From a bacterium (GTDB taxonomy: Bacteria; Hinthialibacterota; Hinthialibacteria; Hinthialibacterales; Hinthialibacteraceae): a stretch of DNA of 64,000 nucleotides. Of this stretch, positions 10,860 to 20,421 are shown in pieces. The translations under genes and the position numbers were made by a program. Where the stretch lies: the NCBI GenBank assembly GCA_963662285.2, contig CAXXMV010000002.1, positions 672,001 through 736,000 on the forward strand. Reading direction: 5' to 3'. The notes under the pieces are model-generated. The model was not told where the DNA came from. It made no database searches and worked only from the letters and a program-made list of their open reading frames with translations. How positions within the stretch are numbered: position 1 is the stretch's first letter; every line of letters starts with the position of its first letter.

Positions 10860-12197
10860 CTATTCCAAAATTCGGGTTAATACGTCGATATAAAAATCAA
10901 TATCTACTGCTTTAGTTTTTTCTGTGGCGCAGACCAATAGTCCGTCTTTTTCAGGAGACTCCGCTGATTCAATCCGAATACCTGAAAGCAAACCAAGTTC
11001 TCGAGCTGTATCAACGAATGATTCAACCGGCATGGGCAGATTAATGACGAACTCATTAAAGAATGGTTTGTCGAAAGCAAGATTAACGCCATCAATTCCA
11101 CACAAGCGTTTTTGTAATAAATGGGCGTTCCGAACGCTCATTTCAGCCGCCTGGCGCAATCCATTCGGCCCCATCAGCGACATATAAATAGTCGCCATCA
11201 AGGCGCATAAGCCCTGGTTGGTGCAGATATTGGAGGTCGCTTTTGATCTACGGATATGTTGTTCGCGGGTTTGCAGGGTCAAGACGTATCCTGTTTTGCC
11301 ATCCGCATCTTTGGTGCGTCCCACCAATCGACCCGGTAGTTGGCGTACATGCTTCTGTTTGCAAGAGACGAATCCGGCGAACGGGCCGCCAAATTGAACT
11401 GGCATGCCAAGTGATTGTAAATCGCCCACTACTATTTCAGCGCCCCATTCGCCTGGAGGTTTTAGCAGCCCCAAAGAATGAGGATATACCACCGCTCCCA
11501 GCAGGCATTTTGGTGCGCTTATAGCTGAACGGAACTGATCGACTGGTTCCAGGTTTCCGAAATAGTTGGGATTCTGAACGAAGCAGGCGGCGAACTCATC
11601 ATTTACCATTGATGTCAATTGCTCGATATCGGTAACGCCGTCGCTGCATGGAATTTCCACCCACTCAATACCCGGCGCGTCAAGGTAGGTCTTCATTACC
11701 CGAAGGTAGTGTGGATTTATGCTTGAAGATACAGCAATTTTTTCTTTACGGGTGATCCGGCAGGCCATCAAGGCCGCTTCAGCTAAGGCTGATGCGCCGT
11801 CATAGACCGAAGCGTTGGCTGTATCCATACCGGTCAACCGGCTCATGAAGGTTTGAAATTCAAAGATGGCTTGCAGCGTACCCTGGCTTACTTCCGGCTG
11901 ATAGGGGGTGTAAGCCGTAATAAATTCGCTGCGCGATGCAAGAGATGGAATGGCCTGAGGCGTATAGTGATCATAAGCGCCGCCTCCAAGAAACGAGGGC
12001 ATCTTGGCGCCCCGGTTCGCTTCAGCGGCAGCATTCATTAAGTCGCCGATTTCCAGTTCAGTCATTGGCTCAGGAAAGGGAATATCGGGATTATGCAACT
12101 GCTCTGGAATAGTGCGGAACAGGTCGTTCGGGTTTTCCAGTCCGACTGTTTGCAGCATCTCCCGGAATTCTTCCTGAGTATGGGGAATAAAGTCCAT
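10860..12197 (-). CDS. gcvPA: Glycine dehydrogenase (decarboxylating) subunit 1
   Basis: YTPYQPEVSQG, NASVYDGA, TREQHIRRSKATSNICTNQ. Confidence 0.97.
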   Translation of the reverse strand: MDFIPHTQEEFREMLQTVGLENPNDLFRTIPEQLHNPDIPFPEPMTELEIGDLMNAAAEANRGAKMPSFLGGGAYDHYTPQAIPSLASRSEFITAYTPYQPEVSQGTLQAIFEFQTFMSRLTGMDTANASVYDGASALAEAALMACRITRKEKIAVSSSINPHYLRVMKTYLDAPGIEWVEIPCSDGVTDIEQLTSMVNDEFAACFVQNPNYFGNLEPVDQFRSAISAPKCLLGAVVYPHSLGLLKPPGEWGAEIVVGDLQSLGMPVQFGGPFAGFVSCKQKHVRQLPGRLVGRTKDADGKTGYVLTLQTREQHIRRSKATSNICTNQGLCALMATIYMSLMGPNGLRQAAEMSVRNAHLLQKRLCGIDGVNLAFDKPFFNEFVINLPMPVESFVDTARELGLLSGIRIESAESPEKDGLLVCATEKTKAVDIDFYIDVLTRILE

Positions 12198-12278
12198 GCG
12201 AAACTCCTAAATCATATTAATATGCAAATTACTCTTGTTCTTTAACCAGTAATAAAAGTTGAATGTCCTATACGAAAA

Positions 12279-12399
12279 GTAGAGCGCGCCCCTTGTGGGC
12301 GCCCGAATTAATCAAAACCTATTGTTAATCCCGATGATTCACCACAAAAAAACCGAATAATCAAGTCCCCTCTCCCCCCTGGGAAAGGGCTATGGTGAG
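12279..12399. repeat. Two REP-like palindromic remnants between gcvH and gcvPA
   Basis: GTAG-headed gtagagcgcgccccttgtgggcgccc (12279-12304) and cccctctcccccctgggaaagggctatggtgag (12367-12399). Confidence 0.5.
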
Positions 12400-12426
12400 T
12401 ACGAAACGATAGAAAGACACAGAGTT

Positions 12427-12810
12427 TTATGCGCTTTGAGCAATATGATTCGTATAATCTTCAGCATCCATCAGGCTATCAAGTTGTGATGCATCGCTCA
12501 ATTCCAATTTGAATATCCAGCCGTCACCGTACGGATCACGGTTAACCAGCGCGGGATCATCCTCCAACGCTTCATTAATTGCGGTTACCTTACCCGCTAC
12601 GGGAGCATACATCTCTGCGGCGATCTTGCACGATTCAATAACAGCGCATTCATCTCCCTGGTTCATTTCCTGATCAATTTCGGGGACTTCGACAAAAACA
12701 ACATCTGACAATTGATCCTGCGCGTAATGGGTAATGCCAACCGTTGCAACATTTCCGTCTATCCGCACCCATTCATGTGATTCAGCATATTTTAAGTCTT
12801 GCGGTATCAT
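12427..12810 (-). CDS. gcvH: Glycine cleavage system H protein
   Basis: HEWVR, GITHYAQDQL, lipoyl lysine in IESCKIA, NRDPYGDGW. Confidence 0.97.
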   Translation of the reverse strand: MIPQDLKYAESHEWVRIDGNVATVGITHYAQDQLSDVVFVEVPEIDQEMNQGDECAVIESCKIAAEMYAPVAGKVTAINEALEDDPALVNRDPYGDGWIFKLELSDASQLDSLMDAEDYTNHIAQSA

Positions 12811-12856
12811 TATTAATTCCTTTGTAATGTGGTTATTATATTGAATATATCAGATA

Positions 12857-13927
12857 TTACCCTATCGTATGATTTGGAACGAAGGGTGGTTTTTTCACTT
12901 TAGCGGGGACTTTTTTACCCCGGATTTCGACGCTTAATGCCCCGGATTGTTTCCAGTTCTTCTCGACCAGGGCCATACCGATTCCTTGTTGTAATTGGGG
13001 AGAAAAGCCGCCGCTGGTGGTTTTGCCGATTTCTTTATCGCCATCAAACAATAAACAACCCTCGCGTGGAATTCCACGGCTAGTCAGTTGATACCCGATG
13101 CGCCGCCGGACGCTTCCTGTTTCGAATTCTTCTTGCAGAGCCTTTTTTCCGATGAAATCGTCTTTATCCAGATTAACCACCCATTTCAAGCCAGCTTCCA
13201 ATGGAGAGATATTCTCGTCTAATTCATGACCGTATAGCGGGTAGCCCATTTCAAGCCGCAGAATATCCCGTGATCCCAACCCGCAAGGAGTTGCTCCGCA
13301 TTCAACGGCTCTGTTCCATAAAGAATTTATTTTGCCAAATGGAGTAGTGATTTCGAAACCGTTTTCTCCGGTGTATCCTGTCCGCGAAACATAAACGCCG
13401 CCACTTAGTTCCAGCGCCTTGAAATATTTCAAGTCGCTTAGATCCGTGTTAAACAGTTCACTTACGATTGGAGTAGATTCTGGTCCCTGCAAGGCGATCA
13501 TTGCCGTTTCCTGAGTCCGGTCCACCAAAACATCTTTGCCCCTAAGATGCTCCATAAACCAGAGTTTCAGTTTATCCCGGTTGGAAGCATTCACTACGAC
13601 TAGAAATGAATCTTCTTCCAGACAGGTTATCAAAATATCGTCTTTAACGCCCCCATCAAGATTGCAAACTACGCTGTAGCGTACTGCTCCAGGTTTAAGA
13701 TCAGAAATATGAGACGGAACCAGACGACTCAAGCCATGAGCCGCTCCAGCGCCAGAAAGGAAAAAGCGTCCCATATGGCTGACATCGAATATCCCGGAGG
13801 ATTCTCGCACTGCCTTATACTCCGCAGTGATTGATTCATATTGCACAGGCATTTCCCACCCGGCGTAATCAACCATTCGGGCATTCAAAGTTATGTGTTC
13901 ATTATGTAATGGAGTTTTGCAAACCAT
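12857..13927 (-). CDS. gcvT: Glycine cleavage system aminomethyltransferase T
   Basis: GWEMPVQY, FDVSHMG, SRTGYTGENGFE, GLGSRDILRLEMGYPLYG. Confidence 0.97.
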   Translation of the reverse strand: MVCKTPLHNEHITLNARMVDYAGWEMPVQYESITAEYKAVRESSGIFDVSHMGRFFLSGAGAAHGLSRLVPSHISDLKPGAVRYSVVCNLDGGVKDDILITCLEEDSFLVVVNASNRDKLKLWFMEHLRGKDVLVDRTQETAMIALQGPESTPIVSELFNTDLSDLKYFKALELSGGVYVSRTGYTGENGFEITTPFGKINSLWNRAVECGATPCGLGSRDILRLEMGYPLYGHELDENISPLEAGLKWVVNLDKDDFIGKKALQEEFETGSVRRRIGYQLTSRGIPREGCLLFDGDKEIGKTTSGGFSPQLQQGIGMALVEKNWKQSGALSVEIRGKKVPAKVKKPPFVPNHTIG

Positions 13928-14180
13928 GAGCCGATCCTGTAATTCTGAATTTACGCATAAGATTTTATTGTATCACTAAAATTACTCTGAAACACTGAAC
14001 AATTTGTTTATTAAATTAAACCAGCGCTTTATATTGATTCTTTTGAATTGCTAATGAGCATGAGAGAGACAGTCAAATTGACCTATCCCTCATTTTGACC
14101 GAATCTATGGTCCATCTATTAACTCGTATAACATACTCAATATACAATATTTACATTTATTTCTGATAATTATTAATATT

Positions 14181-14196
14181 TGGCGCAAGACTTGCT
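14181..14196 (+). promoter_or_regulatory. Sigma54 -24/-12 promoter
   Basis: TGGCGC-AAGAC-TTGCT matches TGGCRC-N5-TTGCW, 72 bp before the 14268 ORF. A GTCAAATTGAC palindrome at 14072-14082 may be an activator site. Confidence 0.75.
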
Positions 14197-14267
14197 TTAA
14201 TACATCCTGAAACAAAGTCACTAAGATTGATCGGGATTACCCAACTAGACAAACAATCAGAAAGAAG

Positions 14268-15044
14268 GTGATCAAAGTGCCCGATCTTAAAGGTTTTTTC
14301 CATCCTACGCAAAGTATAGAAAGCCTATTGCCAACAATCCTGGTATTGTTGATATTGATGCTTATTGCTCTCGCTTTATGGGCCATATATTCAATATATC
14401 AGGACTTCATTTCCAAATCCAATGCCTGGAGAAGATTTAGAAGTCTATCTAAACGATATAATATCTCCCGGAATGAAGTTTATTTATTGCGTACCTTGGC
14501 CGAAAAAGCCAATATAACGCATCCTAGCCATATACTTACTGATTCTAATTTGTTTGGTAAAATCGTTCAATCGGTAGAGAGAAAGGGCAGCCGGAAAGAT
14601 CAGCGCCTGATTCTATCTCTGCGAAAGAAACTGTTTAATCAGACTTTGACGCCCGATCAATCCATCAGTTCCACTCATTCTCTGACTGGCGGAATTCGCT
14701 TGTTTATCAAAAGCCCCACTGATTCCAGCAAAGCAATCTGGGGACATCTGGTTGATAACGAAGAGAGAGGTTTGATCGTTGCCATTCCATACAATCGCGA
14801 TTTCCATTTCCCTATGCGTATTGAACCGCATCTGGAAATAACCGCCTACATCCCGAACCACAATCCGGCCACCTTTATAACCTGGGTAAAGTCTATCATT
14901 CCAGGCCCTGAAAAGATGATTATTCTTGAACATTCTAACTTTGTTATCGAGAAAAAGACAGCACAACAAAGTGGGCAATCGGATTTTTACAGTAGAGTAA
15001 AACGCGGGACGCGAACTCCTACCTCTTTCCCCGCTCATGCCTAA
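14268..15044 (+). CDS. Membrane-anchored protein resembling the N-terminal part of YcgR/PilZ flagellar-brake proteins
   Basis: N-terminal TM helix, helical domain, then a beta-rich domain; no clear RxxxR/DxSxxG PilZ motifs. Confidence 0.5.
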   Translation: MIKVPDLKGFFHPTQSIESLLPTILVLLILMLIALALWAIYSIYQDFISKSNAWRRFRSLSKRYNISRNEVYLLRTLAEKANITHPSHILTDSNLFGKIVQSVERKGSRKDQRLILSLRKKLFNQTLTPDQSISSTHSLTGGIRLFIKSPTDSSKAIWGHLVDNEERGLIVAIPYNRDFHFPMRIEPHLEITAYIPNHNPATFITWVKSIIPGPEKMIILEHSNFVIEKKTAQQSGQSDFYSRVKRGTRTPTSFPAHA

Positions 15045-15078
15045 CACTCTTGCTAACCATAAATGTTGAGCAGATAAG

Positions 15079-15116
15079 TCCCCCTCCCACCTGAAGAGCA
15101 TCAAGGTGAGGGGGAA
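15079..15116. terminator. GC-rich hairpin after 14268..15044 (terminator or REP-like)
   Basis: tccccctc-ccacct...aggt-gaggggga inverted repeat. Confidence 0.4.
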
Positions 15117-15362
15117 ACAAGTATAATTCAGGCGCGCCATCACTATAAATCCATAAAAAAATGAGATATAGCGAGACCTTTTGCAGGGGGGCTTCGTTTT
15201 TCTTAATGAAATCGATATCCTAGATTGATTCTTATAACAAAATGGTTTTAAGCGGCTGTTTGATATTTCTGAAGTTTTTACTATATATGGAACCTTAAAC
15301 AGTCTAAGTTTGAATCCGTACTTGTTTTTGGCAGCCGCTATATCCATAATCAATCAAAATTT

Positions 15363-16169
15363 ATGTTTCGGGAAGAATTCATGAGCGATGTTCGTAGAAG
15401 AAAAAGCCGATCCCCCAAGACTATTCAACCAGTAAATGATGCCAAGCCGGTCGAGAAAGAAATAGTACAGGAAGTGCATGTCAATGCCTGGTCGCTATTT
15501 GCACGGGCAGCATTCGTTGCTGCTCTGGTGTTATTGGTTGGATTTATCCTGACTTTGACCGCGACTCTGGTTTATGATTTTAAGGATTTACCCAATTTGG
15601 GCCGAGTCCAGTATGACAACACCTTGAATAAGCAAACTTATTATTTTTATTACCCATCGTTGCAAAAATTTTCGATTTTTGAAAATGCTCTTAACCCGAC
15701 TACCGAGACTGAATTTACCAAAATTGGCAATATCGGAACCGGATTTTTCGTATTTTCTGTAATCAACACCTTTCATTGGGTGATGGAGATCGGATTTGGC
15801 AGCCTGGGTGGAATGATTCTGATCCCGATTTTTGTCTTGATTATAGGATCATCAATTTTCTTCTTCAATCTATTGCCTTATTCAATGCAAAAGCCCGAGA
15901 ACGCCCTTCCTGTTGGCATTGGGATATCCATGCTTCACTCGTTTATGCTGCTTATCTTGTTCTTTATCGTTCTACAATTATTCCCTGAATATGGTACCTT
16001 ATTTTCAAAACAATATTTCTATTCGGGCGACGTTATCATGACCACCACCCGTGCAGGAGCGCCTATTATGCTGCTTACCGGATTCACCTATGGCGCCATT
16101 GCCGGTGGAATATTATATTGCATGGTTTATGCTAAGGCGCTTATATTCAATGGAGAGGTTATTAAGTAA
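15363..16169 (+). CDS. Hypothetical multi-pass membrane protein (start may be 15381)
   Basis: 268-aa ORF with a basic N-terminus and about 5 hydrophobic segments. Confidence 0.7.
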   Translation: MFREEFMSDVRRRKSRSPKTIQPVNDAKPVEKEIVQEVHVNAWSLFARAAFVAALVLLVGFILTLTATLVYDFKDLPNLGRVQYDNTLNKQTYYFYYPSLQKFSIFENALNPTTETEFTKIGNIGTGFFVFSVINTFHWVMEIGFGSLGGMILIPIFVLIIGSSIFFFNLLPYSMQKPENALPVGIGISMLHSFMLLILFFIVLQLFPEYGTLFSKQYFYSGDVIMTTTRAGAPIMLLTGFTYGAIAGGILYCMVYAKALIFNGEVIK

Positions 16170-16213
16170 ATATAGCCCGCTCTGTTTTTTAAAGTATTGC
16201 ATTCTGAGCGCCC

Positions 16214-17053
16214 TCAGTTATATTCAATACGCAAACCTACGCCTACTTCTTTGAGGTTGGTGACGTGGGCCAACGCGATTTTTGATTGGATATCCGTGCA
16301 ATGACAGGCGTGAACCTCTCCAGGGCGTAATTGCCGGAAATAATCCAGGGTTCCCTGTAATTGTTCCTTGGATGGATCAAGTAGATGCAATCCTCCAATG
16401 ATATCAATTACCCTATCCATCCCGCAGACTTTCTTGGCGTACTCTACGATATTGCATATCCCCGCATGTGAACAGCCAGTAATTACTACCAGGCCTTTGG
16501 CTGATTTATAAGCCAGCGCGGTATCATCGAATATTAAATCAGGTTTGTTTTCTTTATCGATAATAACATCTCCAATGGGCTGCTTGGCTTCAAAATTATT
16601 TTTTCGCTCAATTTCACCCAGATAAACCAGTTTATCCGAAATCCATACCGGATTTTCTGATAACTGGATATCAAAATGTCTGGACGCTTTCTCTTCAGAC
16701 AACGCCATACCGATTTCTCCCAAACCGCCAATCGTTTTTGTATCGAAAACTCTTGGATGGGCTAACAATTCAGGCTGCTTGTATGGAACGCTCTCGATTT
16801 TTGATTCAAGATTCAGTCGTATAAGAGCATCCAGCCCCCAGGTGTGATCCAAATGACCGTGAGATAGGATGACGCTATCAATATCTGTCAGAGGGATATT
16901 CATTTTCTGAGCATTAATCAGAAATGCATTGGAATATCCCACATCAAAGAGTATTTTCTTGTTGTTTTCTTCGATATAAAACGATAGTCCCGGTTCACCC
17001 AGAAAATAGCGGTCAATTAATGTGTTGTTATCAATCAGAACGGTGAGTTTCAT
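16214..17053 (-). CDS. MBL-fold metallo-hydrolase
   Basis: SHGHLDHTWG (HxHxDH), ILFDVG, GCSHAG, GGLHL, CHCT. Confidence 0.9.
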   Translation of the reverse strand: MKLTVLIDNNTLIDRYFLGEPGLSFYIEENNKKILFDVGYSNAFLINAQKMNIPLTDIDSVILSHGHLDHTWGLDALIRLNLESKIESVPYKQPELLAHPRVFDTKTIGGLGEIGMALSEEKASRHFDIQLSENPVWISDKLVYLGEIERKNNFEAKQPIGDVIIDKENKPDLIFDDTALAYKSAKGLVVITGCSHAGICNIVEYAKKVCGMDRVIDIIGGLHLLDPSKEQLQGTLDYFRQLRPGEVHACHCTDIQSKIALAHVTNLKEVGVGLRIEYN

Positions 17054-17061
17054 TTTTCCCC

Positions 17062-18189
17062 TTATTTCGTAAGATAGGCTTTACGCATGATCTCAATGTT
17101 TTTGGCATTCCCTGAAAGTCTTTCATCCCTGGTTTCAGAAATCAATGGCGGTAAAGATGTAATTTCATCCGGCTTGGCGAAGCCGTAGAAGCCGATGTCG
17201 GCGTATCTCGGATCATCAACTACTTTAGAGGCGTCATGTTCTGCGCCCCAGCCGCAAAGGCATTGGATGATCTTGCCATGAGGACCAATTGACTGTTTGG
17301 CGGTTTGCAGTTTTTTCGGATCGGGATGTTCATTCATCAGCCAATCCACTTCGCGCAGCACCTTGGAATCCTTCAATTGGGGATGGCTTAGATCGTGGCA
17401 ACTTAACCAGATGATGCAGTCTGGCTTTACTGATTTTGCTGTGGAATGAACCCGTTCCCAACAGCGTTCGACCGCACGGCGTTTGAATGCAAGTTCCCGC
17501 TCCGGTGTTATCTGATCCACGCCTGGAAACGGATCATCCATCAGTTCTTTCCACATCTGACGTTCGCATGGAAGCCATTTCAACTTAAAATCAACTGGTT
17601 GGTATGGTCCATTAAAAAACCAATCAAGCATGAATCCATCAACATTAGTGAGTTGCAAAGATTCCTTGATGGACATGCAAAGGTATTCGATATATTTCTT
17701 AGTGAACGGAATATGGGAATTACTTGGGACGCCGTAACTTTCATCTGGATGCTCTTGCCCCCAGAGAGTATTGGCGCCAACGCAGAAATAGCCCAGTACC
17801 AACATGCCCTCTTCATGGCCTAACCGGACCGTCTCGGTCAGAAAGTCGGTTTTCAACCCTGGCTGTTCGAGAACCACTCCGCCTTTATACCAGGCATAAC
17901 CGTTGCAGGATACGCAGAAAGTTTGCAGTACATTGGCGCCTAAGTCTTTGTACCATTTAACATGTTCCTCTGGAGATGCGTCGGCCCACAAGCCGGGTTT
18001 GGCGAATCCATTGGGGCCGCCCGAACCCCAATTGAAATCTACGCAAAACGCCTTGATCCTATCTGGCAGCTTAATCGGCTCTTCAGCGTATGATAGAAGC
18101 GAGGCAAAACAGGCAATGAGCAACGGAGCTAAGATTAATAAGCCGGGGAATGGAGATTTGCATTTCATGGGTTTATTTTTCCTTGCCAA
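17062..18189 (-). CDS. Secreted putative glycoside hydrolase-like TIM-barrel protein
   Basis: Signal peptide; GYAWY...DFLTETVRLGHEEGMLVLGYF and VDGFMLDW resemble GH29/GHL6-like barrels. Confidence 0.55.
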   Translation of the reverse strand: MARKNKPMKCKSPFPGLLILAPLLIACFASLLSYAEEPIKLPDRIKAFCVDFNWGSGGPNGFAKPGLWADASPEEHVKWYKDLGANVLQTFCVSCNGYAWYKGGVVLEQPGLKTDFLTETVRLGHEEGMLVLGYFCVGANTLWGQEHPDESYGVPSNSHIPFTKKYIEYLCMSIKESLQLTNVDGFMLDWFFNGPYQPVDFKLKWLPCERQMWKELMDDPFPGVDQITPERELAFKRRAVERCWERVHSTAKSVKPDCIIWLSCHDLSHPQLKDSKVLREVDWLMNEHPDPKKLQTAKQSIGPHGKIIQCLCGWGAEHDASKVVDDPRYADIGFYGFAKPDEITSLPPLISETRDERLSGNAKNIEIMRKAYLTK

Positions 18190-18314
18190 TCAATAGATTT
18201 TTCGACAACAAGAATTGATCAATTAAGTATTACTATGAAATCATTCTATTTCAATGACTTTTAAGGTAAAATAAATTATTCCCTATTCTTGAAATTGCGT
18301 GAGGAGAAACAACA

Positions 18315-19274
18315 ATGAAAGAACAAGATAAACTATCATTATCAAGACGTGGATTCATCGGCGCTACCGCAGCCGTGGCGGCCTCAACCGTTTTACCTCA
18401 AATTGCTATCGGGGCGGCCAAACCCGACTCGAAGTTCAACGGCGTACAAATTGGAACCATTACTTACAGCTATCGTGGATTGCCCGGTACGGCTGAAGAT
18501 ATTCTCGGATACATTTTGAAATCTGGAATCAGTTCGGTCGAACTAATGGGTGAGCCGGTAGAACAATTCGCCGGGATTCCCGCTGGTGGTGGACGCGGGG
18601 GGCGCGATATGACCGAAGAACAGAAAAAAGCCCAGCAAAAAGCTCAAGAAGAACAACTCAAATGGCGCTTATCTGTTTCAATGGATAAATTCAAAGCACT
18701 GCGCAAGATGTTCAACGACGCAGGCGTCAATATCCATATCGTCAAGTTTGGCGACATAGGCAACAAGAATATGCCGGAAGGTCAGATAGACTACTATTTC
18801 AACGTAGCCAAGGCTCTGGGCGCCAGAGGCATCACCCGTGAACTTTCAGAAGATGCAGCTAAAATACTTGGACCAATCGCCGACAAGCACAAAATAATGA
18901 TTGGATTTCACAATCATACCCAGATCAAGCCGGATACTTATGATGGCTCGATTCTATCCTATGGGAAATACTTGGGGATCAATCTCGATATAGGTCATTA
19001 TGTTGCTGGAACCAATGAGTCCCCGATTCCCATGATCAAGAAATTCAAGGATAGAATTCTCAGCATCCATATCAAAGACCGCAAAATCAACAACGGTCCC
19101 AACATGCCTTTAGGCCAGGGAGACACACCGTTATCTTTGATCCTACAACTTATGAAAAAAGAGCAATACACTTTCCCGGCTGATATCGAACTGGAATACA
19201 AAGTTCCTGAAAATTCCGACCCGGTTACTGAAGTAGCCAAATGTGTTGAATTCTGCAAGAACGCTCTGGCGTAA
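18315..19274 (+). CDS. Tat-exported sugar phosphate isomerase/epimerase (TIM barrel)
   Basis: SRRGFIG Tat motif, GFHNH, NLDIGH, HIKD, IELEY. Confidence 0.85.
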   Translation: MKEQDKLSLSRRGFIGATAAVAASTVLPQIAIGAAKPDSKFNGVQIGTITYSYRGLPGTAEDILGYILKSGISSVELMGEPVEQFAGIPAGGGRGGRDMTEEQKKAQQKAQEEQLKWRLSVSMDKFKALRKMFNDAGVNIHIVKFGDIGNKNMPEGQIDYYFNVAKALGARGITRELSEDAAKILGPIADKHKIMIGFHNHTQIKPDTYDGSILSYGKYLGINLDIGHYVAGTNESPIPMIKKFKDRILSIHIKDRKINNGPNMPLGQGDTPLSLILQLMKKEQYTFPADIELEYKVPENSDPVTEVAKCVEFCKNALA

Positions 19275-19309
19275 TACTGCTTGATGATCAACTGCTTTCA
19301 TTGGCTTAA

Positions 19310-19350
19310 GTGGGCGCCAAGGGCAAGACCGCAAAGCGGTCAGCCCTTGA
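19310..19350 (+). repeat. 41-bp hairpin repeat, copy 1
   Basis: gtgggcgccaagggcaagaccgcaaagcggtcagcccttga; 38/41 identical to 27627-27667. Confidence 0.85.
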
Positions 19351-19382
19351 GGCAGATGCAAAAACTTATGATGTTAAACAAA

Positions 19383-19413
19383 CATCGCCCAGGCATAATC
19401 AGCCTGGGCGATG
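19383..19413. terminator. Hairpin between convergent genes, likely bidirectional terminator
   Basis: catcgcccaggc-N7-gcctgggcgatg. Confidence 0.6.
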
Positions 19414-19483
19414 CATTATTCTTTATTTTGAAAAAACCACCCGCCCAATAATGATAACCTAACTGCTGCTTTTTTATCTTGCC

Positions 19484-19807
19484 TCAATCAAATCCCAATT
19501 CCAGTTTGGCCGCTTCGGTCATCATATCGAAAGTCCAGGGCGGTTCCCATAGAATTTCTACATCCACGCCGGTTACCCATGAGAGGCTGTCAACTCTTGC
19601 TTTAACGTCATTCGGCATCGATTCAGCGACTGGACACGCGGGTGATGTCAGGGTCATTGAAATTGAAACGGTATTATCCTTGTGAACTGCCACGCCATAG
19701 ACCAATCCCAAGTCGTAAATATTGACCGGGATTTCGGGATCATATACTTCTCTAAGTTTTTGAATTACCTGCTCTTTTTGATCTACATCATTCACAGTAG
19801 TTTCCAT
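19484..19807 (-). CDS. sufT: SUF Fe-S assembly protein SufT (DUF59)
   Basis: DPEIPVNIYDLGLVY, LTSPACP, WEPPW; last gene of the suf operon. Confidence 0.85.
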   Translation of the reverse strand: METTVNDVDQKEQVIQKLREVYDPEIPVNIYDLGLVYGVAVHKDNTVSISMTLTSPACPVAESMPNDVKARVDSLSWVTGVDVEILWEPPWTFDMMTEAAKLELGFD

Positions 19808-19866
19808 GCTATTTTTCCTGAGTTGGATTGATTTTTTCGTAATAGTAAAGCCTATTAGAATCGTAT

Positions 19867-19953
19867 CCCTCCCCCAAGCCTGGGAGGAGGTTAGGAGGGG
19901 GTTGATTTGTCGAAACGCAACTCCCCTCTAACTCCCCCCAGGCTTGGGGGGAG
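19867..19953. repeat. Inverted pair of REP-like C/G-rich elements between sufU and sufT
   Basis: 19867-19904 is a near reverse complement of 19918-19953. Confidence 0.75.
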
Positions 19954-19968
19954 AATTTAATTATCAAA

Positions 19969-20421
19969 CTATTCGGTTGAAACGATATCCTCTTTAGCTT
20001 CAATCGCCGCGTTGAGCGTATGCCAGCACAGCGTGGCGCATTTAACCCGCATGGGATACTCTCGTACGCCGCCCAGGGATTTCAGTTTTCCCACGCATAC
20101 TTCGCATGTTTCAGAATTTTTTTGACCTGTAACCAGATCGTGAAAACTATTAAAAATGGTCTTGACTTCCTCAATAGTTTTTCCTTTGACGCTTTCGGTC
20201 ATCATCGAAGCGGACGCAGTTGATATCGCGCATCCTTTGCCTTCGAAACTCACATCTGTAATGATATCTCCGTCGAGATGAAGATACACTTTGATCTTGT
20301 CGCCGCAAAGTGGGTTGTATCCATCCGCTTCATGGTTGGCGTCTTCCATTTTGCGAAAATTACGCGGTTTTTTGTTATGATCCAGAATAATTTCTTGATA
20401 TAAATCTTGTAATTCCGACAT
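19969..20421 (-). CDS. sufU: SUF system NifU-family scaffold/sulfur-transfer protein
   Basis: LYQEIILDH, NPLCGD, GCAISTAS, RVKCATL. Confidence 0.93.
   Translation of the reverse strand: MSELQDLYQEIILDHNKKPRNFRKMEDANHEADGYNPLCGDKIKVYLHLDGDIITDVSFEGKGCAISTASASMMTESVKGKTIEEVKTIFNSFHDLVTGQKNSETCEVCVGKLKSLGGVREYPMRVKCATLCWHTLNAAIEAKEDIVSTE

Noticed and set aside
13928-14180. Glycine riboswitch upstream of gcvT
   Set aside because: No GGAGA...CCGAAG...CTCTCAGG aptamer pattern on the minus strand.
14613-15353. 246-aa minus-strand ORF
   Set aside because: Largely antisense to the 14268..15044 gene, which has a promoter and SD; no motifs.
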